Source: Camelus dromedarius
Lineage: Eukaryota
DNA: 64,000 nucleotides
Assembly: GCF_036321535.1 (NCBI RefSeq)
Contig: NC_087437.1
Coordinates: 26,414,001-26,478,000, forward strand
Direction: 5' to 3'
The position numbers were made by a program, and so were the translations under genes. A model generated the notes under the pieces. It saw nothing but the letters and a program-made list of their open reading frames with translations, was not told the DNA's origin and did not search any database. Below are positions 53,135-64,000 of the stretch, piece by piece. Positions within the stretch are counted from its first letter, which is position 1; every line of letters begins with the position of its first letter.

Positions 53135-54780
53135 TTTTTTAATTTATTTTTAATTTTTAATTGAAGTATAGTTGATTTACAGTGTTTTACGTGTACAGCA
53201 AAGTGATTCAATTATACATAAATATATTCTTTATATTCTTTTTCAGATTCTTTTTCATTGAAGGTTATTATAAAATATTAAATATAGTTCCTCGTGCTAT
53301 ACAGTAGATTCTTGTTGTTTATCTGTTTTATATATAGTAGTTGTATGTCTGTTAATCCCCAATTCCCAAACCCCTGCCCCCTCCATTTCCCCTTTGGTAA
53401 CCACGAGTTTGTTATCTATGTCTGTAAGTCTATTCCTGTTTTGTAAATAGGCTCATTTATATCATATTTTAGATTCCACATCTAAGGGGTATCATATGCT
53501 ATTTGTCTTTCTCTGTCTGACTTACTTCACTTAGTATGATAATCTCTAGGTCTATCTATGTTGCTTCAAATGGTATTATTTCATTTTTTATGACTGAGTA
53601 ATATTCCGTTGTGTGTGTAGACACACACACATCCCACATAACTTTATCCATTTATCTAAATGTGGACATTTAGATTGCTTCCATGTCTTGGCTGTTGTAA
53701 ATAGTGCTACTCTGAACATTGGGGTGCATGTATCTTTTTGAATTAGAGTATTCTTCCAGTATATACCCAGGAGTGGGATTGTAACTCTATTTTTAGTTTT
53801 TTAAGGAGCTTCCATACTGTTCTTCATAGTGGCTGCACCAATTTACATTCCCACCAGCAGTGTAAGAAGGTTCCCTTATCTCCACACCCTCTCCAGTGTT
53901 CATGATTTGTAGGTTTTTTGATGATGTCCATTCTGACCTGTGTGAGGTGGTACCTCATTATAGTTCCTATTTGCATTTCTCTAATAATTAACTATATTAA
54001 GCATCTTTTCATGTGCCTATTGGCCATCTATATTTCTTATTTGGAGAAATGTCTATTTAGGTTTGATTGGGTTGTTTGTTTTTTTGATATTGAGCTATGT
54101 AAATTGTTTGTATATTTTGGAAATTAAGCCCTTGTCGGTCTCATCATTTGCAAATATTTTCTCCCATTCTGTAAGTTGTCTTTTTATTTTGTTTATGGTA
54201 TCCTTTGCTGTGCAAAAGCTTTTAAGTTTAATTAGGTCCCATTCATTTATTTTTGCTTTTGTTTACATTACTGTAGGAGATAGATCCAAAAAAAATTACT
54301 GCAATTTATGTCAAAGAGTGTTCTGCCCATATTTTCCTCTAGGAATTTTATAGTATCTGATCTTATATTTAGGCTTTTAATTCTTTGAGTTTATTTTTAA
54401 TATGGTGTTAGAGAATTTTCTAATTTCATTCTTCTACATGTAGCTGTCCAGTTTTCCCAGCACCACTTACTGAAGAGACTGTCTTTTCCCCATTGTATAT
54501 TCTTGCCTCCTTTGTTATAGATTAATTGACCATAAGTGTGTGGATTTATTTCTGGGCTTTCTGTCCTGTTCCATTGATCCATGAGTTTGTTTTTGTGTCC
54601 GTACCATACTGTTTTGATTACTATAGTTTTATAGTATAGTCTTAGGTCAGGGAGCATGATTCCTTCACTTCCTTTCTCAAGATTGTTTTGGCTATTCAGA
54701 GTCTTTTATGTTTCCATACAAATTTTAATTTTTTTGTTTGAGTTCTGTGAAAAATGCGATTGGTGATTTGATAGGGGCTG
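53135..54780 (-). mobile_element. L1 3' 1.6 kb
   Basis: ORF2 remnant [46 protein letters not shown]. Confidence 0.93.
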
Positions 54781-55320
54781 CATGCATCCTTTTCTCCCTT
54801 CTTAATCTTCTGACTAAAGTGAGGAGCTTTTTACATCTCTTTAGATACCATAACTCAAGGAAGTTATATTACTTCCAATAATTACAAGCCAGTAGTTACA
54901 TGCCAAAAGTTCCTCTTTGAGTTTATGGGAGTATCTTCATGGAAGAGTAAAATATTTTACAAAGGGTATACAATTCCAAGTTTTAATTATTAAATAAACT
55001 AAATTTTAAACTGATATATGAAAGAGAAAGATCTCTTAGCATGATAGAAAATATCTCCCTGAAATATACATGGTTATATAACAGTACCTCTGCAGCTATT
55101 AGAAATGATGAGATTGGATTTTTATTCATTGACATGACAGGATATCTGAGTTATCCTATTGAGTGGGAAAAAAGCCTACACTTTCTCCCATTATTTGATG
55201 ATCCCATTAATATAAAAATTTAAATATTTATTGATCTCATTAATATAAAAATAGTGGTTAAATATTCCTTAACTAACCATTTTGGTTCCTTCCTTCCTGG
55301 GGCTTATATGATATGGGCTC

Positions 55321-55324
<4 letters not shown>

Positions 55325-55363
<39 letters not shown>
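55325..55363. repeat. (TG)n microsatellite within an old sense-strand L1 remnant
   Basis: Uninterrupted TG run. Confidence 0.95.
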
Positions 55364-55364
<1 letters not shown>

Positions 55365-56654
55365 TGCGTCTATGTGTCTGTGTGTGTGTTTGAGAGAGAG
55401 AAAAACAGAACGTGTGGAACAAATGATTACGTTTGCATAAATCAAAACAATCTGAAAGTGAAAAAAATTTACTCTGCTAAGGATACCAAGATTTTAAGAC
55501 TTTAAAACTTGTCTTTATAAGAAAGAAAAATACATCAGTGGTTGCTGAGGCTGGGGGAGGGGTTGATTGTAAAGAGGCTTGAGAGAATTTGGAGGAATGA
55601 TAAACCATTTTATATCTTGTCATGGTGGTTACATTATTGTTGTATGTATTTGTTGAAGCTTCTAGAACTGTTTATGTTACTTCAAATAAAAGCTTTGTCT
55701 TTGGTTGGGAAGAATTATGGTTGTGTTCAGTTTTCTTCCTGTTAACTTGTATCCACCCCCCTTTTAAATAAATAATAAATATGTGTTTTTTAAAGAAATG
55801 TAAAACAGAGTTATTGTGAAAAGCATAACAAAAGAAAACAAATAGACTTTCTCTAAAGCCAAATCTGTTCAGTTAACTCAAGCTATAAAAATATGGCTGC
55901 TTTTTAAAATAGTAACAGCAAGAGGATTGTTTTTATTTTACTTCATGAGTAGTGGGTAATTTTTACAAAGGTCTTTTTTTGTTGGCATTTGATTTTGTTT
56001 TTTTTTAATATAGATGTAAAAGTCAAATTTCTTAAGACAGCAATCAAAACACAAAGCTTCACCATGAATTTCAGGCTCAGGAGGAAGTAGAAATTTACCC
56101 AGCTTCCCTATCCTATACCCTTCCTGAACTCCTCTCAGCTCTTCACTCTGAAAAGTCTTAGATGTGTGGTGTTATTTTTCAGACTGTTGTAAAATGGTCT
56201 TTTCTTACATTCTTTGGCTTACACCTTTCCTGGGATTGGGTATGTAAAAAAAGCTTTTTCACTTTTTTGTTTAGGAATTAAGTTATGAGTGGAAAGAAAA
56301 CTTTACATTTTTCTTTTACTAATAGTCAATCATGCCTGTAGAGGAATAAATCAAATGGAACTATTCAAAATAAGAATTATATTTCAGTTTCATAGGATTA
56401 TTGAGATACTGCAGTAATACATATAATGCAAAATGTTAGCTTTCATTATTGTAAATGTAATAATGTTTCTCAACTATATTGATGGTGGTATAAATCTGCA
56501 ATCTGGAAATCAAGATTGAAAATTTTAAAGGAAATCAGAAGAAAATTCAAGTTGATTGTAATTGTTTCCAGTTGCATTTGCTGCTATTATGAAGAAAGTT
56601 GATTGTACACTAAGTATGGGCTTTAAAGAATAATTTTATTATTGTTTTATACAG

Positions 56655-56745
56655 TTGAGGTGCTAAAGAAAATTGACATTCCATCTGTCTTTATTGGCGA
56701 ATCATCAGCTAATTCCCTGAAAGATGAATTCACATATGAAAAAGG
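56655..56745 (+). CDS. RNF13: RNF13 fifth coding exon: (I)EVLKKIDIPSVFIGESSANSLKDEFTYEK(G)
   Basis: ttttatacAG acceptor 56653-54; 91 nt, phase 1-2; A+TT completes Ile across the junction; donor GTAAGT at 56746. Confidence 0.97.
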
Positions 56746-58162
56746 GTAAGTAATAGATACAAAAAAAAATCATGTAGCTTAAAATTATTCTTTGTAGTAG
56801 AGTAAAATCGTGTAATATTAGTTGTTTCAGACTGTATTCTCTTGTACTAAATTATCTCTTCTTAAGTTATGGTTTTAATACTTATTATAGTATTTCCTGT
56901 GTATAATTACATATTGAAAATAAATTTATGCTAGAGAGATTAAGGCACCCATGTTGCTAAAAGATAACCAAACTTTCCCATTTATAGTTTAATTAAATCA
57001 TTGGTATTTAGAAGCATTGTGATTTATATTTATATGATACTTTTCATTGACGTATTTGTATTTTATTAAAAGAAATATTTTATAAATAAAGAATTCAAAA
57101 CACAGTATGGTAAGTAACTAACTTCTACAAAGACAAAAAAATTGTTTTTAAGTTTAAAAAGTTTCACTTGGAATTTAAAACTTTTATATGGAATTCGCCC
57201 CCAAATCTCATTACTAAAGTAACATATAAACTATAACTTAAGGCACAACTGTCTCATCTAATATAGAAAACAGTGCAATTCACACTTCAGAGCTTCTTCC
57301 ATGAAACAGATCCCCAAAACAGTGGACAGGAACAGACTTCTGACTAAGAAGAACAGTAACAATATTAATAATAAAGCAGTAGTATTTATGAAGGATTTAG
57401 CAAGTGCCAGGCACTCATGAAAGCAATGCTTTTACATTTGTTACATTTAATTCTCACAACAACCCTCTAGACGTTACTATTATCTCTTACTATTTACATT
57501 TGCCAAAAGGGGAAATTGGCACAATGAAATTCAGTTCTAATATTTAGGAGGGGAAAATATCCACAAATATTTGAGGCTGAATATGAATAAAAAGGACGGG
57601 GAGAGGTTTTCTGTTTAAACGGTTTTTGTCATTTTTCCCTATATGGTTTTGATATTTAAAATACTGTTCACATATTTTATGCTCAGAACATTTTTACTAA
57701 GTTAGGGAATTAATTTTGGATGTTATATGAAGAATAGTTAAGCAGGGTGCTATTTTATCAGCCAGATTTGTGTAATTGATAGGAAGGGAGAACTACCACT
57801 TGCTTTTACCTTGATATTCCATCATTTAGAAAAATTCTATGTATTTTAGTATGTGTTTTAAAGAGTATTTTGTTTTGTTTTGTTTTTAATTATAAAGTCA
57901 CACTTTTTAAATTAAAAAGTAATATATACTTGCTGGTAAAATATGGAAAATTCCAGAAATATAAAATGTTTAAATGAAAGTCCCTATGATGCTATTCTCT
58001 AACAACAGCTACTGTTTTTAAAAAGTTTTTAATTTTTTCCTCTGTATTTGAATGCTGACATTAATTAGTGATAATGTGCTCATTAAAATAGTACCATAGA
58101 ATACCTAGTACTTTTGTAACATACTTTATTTACTTAATATTTAGACCCTTTCCATGTTAATA

Positions 58163-58429
58163 CAAGTCCACAAAATCGCTATCCCAACTCTTGGGGACAG
58201 ATGTATTATGGAATTGAAACACTTTCAGATTTTTAAAAGTTAAGTAACAGTCCCAATAGGATTTGAGGCAGCATCCCATAATTGAACAAATTATATATAT
58301 CTCTCTGCAATGAATGTATGAGTATTTTATCATGTCAGTTCAGTTCAGGTTGACCATCAAAGGAATTGCAAACATTACTTTTTAAAGCTTTTTAGGTTTC
58401 AGACCTGTGCATGAGGGATTGTAGACCTG
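58163..58429 (-). mobile_element. MER46C-like Tigger DNA transposon
   Basis: TA|caagtccacaa ... gagggattgtagacctg imperfect TIRs; internal tgtcagttcagttcagg. Confidence 0.75.
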
Positions 58430-58514
58430 CGCATACTGTCTGCTTCATCTATCTGCTGGCTGGCTTGTTGGTCAGTCTGTCTGCCTGCCTGCCTACCTAC
58501 ACTTTAATTTACTC

Positions 58515-61500
58515 TACTTTTTATTATGGAAACTTACAAACATATTTAAAAGTAGAGAGATGAATATGATGAATCTGATCATTCAGTTTCAAAATTATCA
58601 ATTCATGGCCAGTTTTGTTTGGACTGTCCAGCCTCAGGTGTTCCCCCAACTCTTCCTTCCCCACACCATGATTATTTCAAAGCAAGTCCTAGGTATCCTG
58701 TCATCCCACCTGTAAATATCTCAGAATATATCACTAGAAGATAAGGTTACGGTTATATACAAAATATATAACTACATTATCATTGTTTCACCTTTTGTTT
58801 TTAAGTAAACATTAATATCAACACGTTTGTCTTTATTGTCACTTCAGAGCAAATAAGGACATGTGATCACCCTATTTTTAATCTGTAAGTTTGCTATGCC
58901 TCTTTTTTCTTTTTTCCTAATCATTTATTTTTTGAAGAAGCAGGATCATTTGTCCTGTAAAATTTACCACAGTCTGGACATTCCTGACTGCATCCTTGGT
59001 GTATTGCCTAGAATATTCCTTTGTTACTTGTTTTCACTGTAAATAGCTAATTAGATCTAGAGGGTTGTTCAAATTCAAGTGCAGTTGGAGGGCCAGGAGG
59101 ATAGGTAAGGCAAGAATAATTTATGTGTTATTATGTATTTCCATCAGGAGGCATAATATTTGGTTCCCTCTTTGTAATGTGATCAATCATTAATGATCAG
59201 TCGGGATCCATTAGTTCTTTAGGATTTGCAGCTAATCTAATTTTATAATTCCTTCTTCATTTATTAGCTAAAATACTTCTATACAGAGAACTCACATCTT
59301 ATAAATGATTACTTTGATGTACAGTCTGTTTAGGAAAGATAGGATAAACACTTGATTCTTCCCCTTTATTTACTGTTTTTAAAATGATTTGGCTTGCTAG
59401 TATCTTCCAAAGATGATTTAACACATATATTTAAAGTATAACGAACTCATGAGTGAAAACCTATTTAATATGCTTCAGTCCACTGCAGTTATCATCTTTA
59501 TAGATGTTCACATTGTCTCATTTCAAACTTTCTCAGGTTTAATCCTGATTTCTTTCTACATGAATCTAGGAGGTTTTGATTGCTCTTAGTTTTCTGTCTG
59601 ATAAGATGTTCCAGGCCCATTTTGTTCCATTCTTTTCCTGACATGGAACCAGTCATTTCTCCAAGGAGCTCTGGTTCCTCTTAATTGAACATGGTATTTA
59701 GAGACTGAGGGGGTGATCATTACTCCTGGGTTTGTCATTCTTTCTAGGGCTTTTCAGTGAATAGAGCTAAGAAATATATATGGTTTTAAAGATACAATAA
59801 ATCATGATACTGTTGCTTCCAATTTAAATTCAGGACTATAGGATTTTTACTCTATTTCATTGACCTTACATCTGTAGTTTATTTTTTGATGCTCGAAGAC
59901 ACCATCATAATTATTTATTTTCTTCTTTAATTACACAATACACATACAGCAGACTCAGAAGAACAATACCAAAACTATTACCAATATTAAAAAAAAAAGA
60001 GTTCTTTCTCTTCTTAAGATATCATATGGACACAGAATCAGATTATCACATTTTAAAGACTTTGAGATAATTCTTCTGTGATCTGATTCTATCAACTGGA
60101 AACACAGGTCTAATTGATTCATTTTGCTTTAAAATTTTAAGGATTGCTTTTACCACCCCCGCATTGTGACTTCTATAATTATGTATAAGCTTAAAGTCAG
60201 AATCAACAAAACAATATATATTCAGGAAAGGTCACCTTCTGAGTGTCATCCATCCTGTCCACCCTATTCCTTTCCATCCTCACCTTATATTACTTACCTT
60301 ATAAGTAATAATTTTTTTAAGTGTTTAGTTTATTCTTTAATTTTTTAAAATTATAAGCCAATATCTATCTCGTCTTCTCCATCTTCCACCCTCAGTACAT
60401 AAACATTATTTCCTATCTTGTTTTTTTTCACTTAACAATATATCATGGAAATCATACCGTATAAGTAAATAGAGATATTCTTCATTCTTTTAACAGCTGC
60501 CTAGAACTCCTTTTGTAGGCTACAGTTTAATCAGCCAGTTGTCTGTTGATGAACATCAGAATTTTACAGTCTTTTGCTATTATAAATAGTGCTATAATGA
60601 ATAACCTTACATAGAAATCTTTCCATGTTTTTGCTAGTATACCTTTGGAATCGATTCCTCGAAGTGGAATTGCTAGGTCAGAGGCTAAACATATCTGTAT
60701 TTTTGCTACATACTGCCAAATTCCCATCCGTAATAGTTGTGTCAACAGTATGTAAGTGTCTCTTTTCCCCCAGAGTCACCAACAAAATATATTGTCAGAT
60801 TTTTAGATTTTTACTAATCAGATAGGTGAGAAATGGTATGTTGTTGCAGTTTTAATGTGTATTCCTCTTATTATAAGCAAATTTGAGTGTCCTTTTTTAT
60901 GCTTAAGAAATGCTTAAGAGCTATTTGCATGCCATTTTCAATGAACTGTCTATCTTTAGCCCATTTTCCCTATTAGCTTGTTGGTAATTTTCTTGTCTTT
61001 TTAGAAGCTCTTTATTTATTAGATATGTTAACCATTTGTTCATTATATGTTACAGGTATTTTTTGTACTCCAATGGTATTGGTTTTTAATGCAATCAAAT
61101 GTAGTAATCTTTCCTTTGGGCTGCTCATTTTCAGTCTTAGGAAAGTTTCCCCTGCTTCTAGGTTATAGTGGAATTTACCTGCATTTATACTTATATGGTT
61201 TCATTTTTAACATTAAATTTCTGGCTCATCTGTAATTTATCCTATATATACTTTGAAGAATGTATCCAATTATATCTTTTTCCAAATAATCATCCAGTTA
61301 TCCCAACAGTGCTCCTAAAATGTTCATCCTTAACCCCATTTGAGATACTGCCATATTTCCATGCATAATTGAATTTTCTGTTCTTTATCTTTTGTCTGCC
61401 AATACCACACTGTTTTTCATTACAGGGCTTTATTATATACATTAGTATCTGCTAGAGCATACCCTCCCCCACTCCTACTCCTCTTTCTCAGATTTTTCTT

Positions 61501-61619
61501 AGCTGTTCTTGTTTGTTCTTTCAAATTTTTTATATCTTTATTAAGATATGTTTCACATACTATAAAATTTATCAATTTAAAATACAAAATTCAGTGATGT
61601 CTGTATAGTTATAGAGTTT

Positions 61620-61654
<35 letters not shown>

Positions 61655-62950
61655 GTGGAGGGTGAGAGAGAGCGAGCAAGAGAGGAAGCAGCTGTCACTA
61701 CATTCTACTTTTACAACTTTCCAACACTCCAAATAGAAACCATGTATGTATTTGCAGTCATTCTCTAGTCCCTACGTTCTCTTCCCCAACACCAGCCCCA
61801 GGCAACTGCTAATCTACTTTCTGTCTCTTTGAGTTTGTCTCTTCTGGTCATTGTACATAGATGGAATCATACAATAAGTGATCTTTGGTGATTGGTGTTT
61901 TTCACTCGGCATAATGTTTTCAAGGTTTGGCCATGTTGTAGTTTTATTCTTTTTTATTGCTGAATAATTTCCATTGTTTAGACATACCACGTTTTGTTTA
62001 CCCATTCATCAATTGATGGACATTTAGCTAATTTCCACGTGTTGGTTATTATGAATAATAGTGCTGTGAACATTCACATACAAGTTTTGTGTGTACTTAT
62101 ACTTTCATTTCTCTTGGATGTATACCTAGAATGGATTGTTATGTAGTAACTCTGTGTTTATCTTAAAAAAATTTTTTTGATTATGTAAGTTTGAGGTGTA
62201 CAGCACTATAGTTCAATATCTATATGCACTTTAGAGTGCTCATCATATGCTTAACTTTTTAGGAACTGCCAGACTGTTTTTCAAAGTACCTGTACCATTT
62301 AAATTCCTGCCAGCAATGTATGAGGATTTTGATTTCTCCTTCCAAAGGAATTTGATAATCAACTTGTCTAGCTCTGGAAAAACCTGATGATATTTTTATT
62401 AGAATTTCATTATATAACTAAATTAATTCAGGGAGAATTAACACTTTTAGGATGTTAAATCTCCTTATCCAAGAACATGGTATGTCCTTCCATGTGTTCA
62501 ACTCTTTTTTATGTACTCAGGAAGTTTATTCTAGCTCAAAACCAATGTGAGAAAAACATTTCTCATTAAATTTATGCCTAGATATTTTATTCTTTGCTAT
62601 TGTAAGTGAGGTCTACTCTTCTACTATATCTACTAACTGGTTTTTATTGTATTTATAAAAGTGTATTTTTGTACATTGGTTTTTATAACCTGCAATTTGA
62701 CTGAATTCTCTTACTGTTGGCAGAGTTTTTCCATTGCCAATAGAAATAGTTTTATCTTTTCCTTCCTAGTTCTTATGCTTATAATTGTTTTCTCTTATCT
62801 AATTGCGTTGGCTAGTACCTTCAATACCATGTTAAATAGTAATGGAGATAGCAGGCATTTTTACCTTGTTCCTCACTTTAGTGAGAAAGCTTCTTGTTTT
62901 GTCTTTAAGGGTCTGGCTTTTTATCATATTAAGAAAGTATCCATCCATTT
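58515..62950 (-). mobile_element. Cluster of old nested L1 fragments (L1MC/ME-like, with a younger 3' end at ~61535-62340)
   Basis: Multiple degenerate antisense L1 3'UTR/ORF2 motifs. Confidence 0.7.
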
Positions 62951-63379
62951 CTGTTTTATTGTACTTTATTCCTTTTAACTACTGTTCATTCTAATTCTGG
63001 CTTCCATCACTTCTTAGCTGTGTGACCTTCAACAACAATAAAAACTTGTCATCTCTGGGCCTTAACCTCTCTCATCTTTAAAAATGATGTAGTGCCTACA
63101 GCATACAACACTGCTATGAAGATTTAACACGTTAATCAAATTCTTGGAGGAATACCTGCTACATAGTAAATGGTTCATAAATGTTAGCCATTAATCTCCT
63201 CTCCCAACTTTGGTCTGCTTCAGAAAGTGCTATGAAAATATCCTTGATCATACATCACGTGCGGTTGCACAAATGTGTCTTTATCGAAAGCACCTGAAAG
63301 TGGACCCGCTGGAGTACAACAGTTTTAAATTTAAGTAAACAGCTGTCATACTGCCCTCCACAAAAAGTGAATCAATTAT

Positions 63380-63571
63380 GGAAAGCCAATGTTTTCTTTT
63401 ATTTTTGCCAATAATATGTACTATCAGTCTTTTAAATTACTTGCTTCTCTGATAAGAAAACTCATTGGTTTTTTAGGAGAGCCAGTGTTTTCCTCTGCTC
63501 TTGCCAATAATATGTATTATCAGTGTTTTTAAGTGCTTGCCACTCTGATAAGGAAACTCATTGGTTAAGTT
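63380..63571. repeat. Diverged 96-bp tandem duplication (2 copies)
   Basis: ttgccaataatatgta...ctctgataag.aaactcattggtt occurs twice, 96 bp apart. Confidence 0.85.
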
Positions 63572-64000
63572 AGCATTTTCTATTCATAGAGAACTTTTCT
63601 GTAAACCGTTTGGTATTTTTTATTTGTTTTGGTCTTTAAAAAATTGAACTCTAAAAGCATTTTGTAACTTTTTAGTAGGAGAGAAAACATATTGATGGCA
63701 TGTAAGTTTTAACAATTGTGGGCAGAGGAAAGGATTGTGTTTGCTCATAGTAAGTAGCAAGGTGCACTGGAGAGATTGCTAGGCTGTGGCCACTAGAGGG
63801 TCATTTAATCTTCATGGACCTATTTTTTTCTCTTTTGAAAATGAAGAATTAGAATAAAAAGTTCTCAAAATTCCTTTTAACTCTAAAATCTTCTTTCTCA
63901 TGTTTAAGTACTCTATTTTTTCATGTTTCATCCGTAGCACCAGGTACAATGACTGTATCAAGTAGATATTCAGTAAAAGCCGGTGAAATCAAACTGTTGT

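Noticed and set aside
56746..64000. Next RNF13 exon (transmembrane region)
   Set aside because: No matching coding sequence found; the intron evidently extends beyond the window.

Overview
AT-rich, repeat-dense mammalian genomic DNA, most likely a camelid (three tRNA-derived SINEs resemble the camelid Vic-1 family). The window lies inside RNF13 (PA-TM-RING E3 ubiquitin ligase) on the + strand. It holds five coding exons (10089-10202, 15820-15900, 29370-29495, 48012-48099, 56655-56745) with canonical AG/GT sites, which splice in frame to about residues 1-166 (signal peptide and luminal PA domain). The first non-coding exon and the TM/RING exons lie outside the window. Introns are filled with L1, L2, MIR, ERVL/MaLR LTRs and Tigger-type elements, and most ORF-track entries are repeat-derived. 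The most unusual item is a ~5.3 kb block (39233-44520) in the intron after the third coding exon. It is bounded by a 15-bp exact direct repeat and carries, on the minus strand, phase-compatible decayed exons of a gene I cannot identify, which suggests a captured, intron-containing gene fragment. Repeat family names come from recalled consensus sequences, not a database search, and repeat boundaries are approximate.
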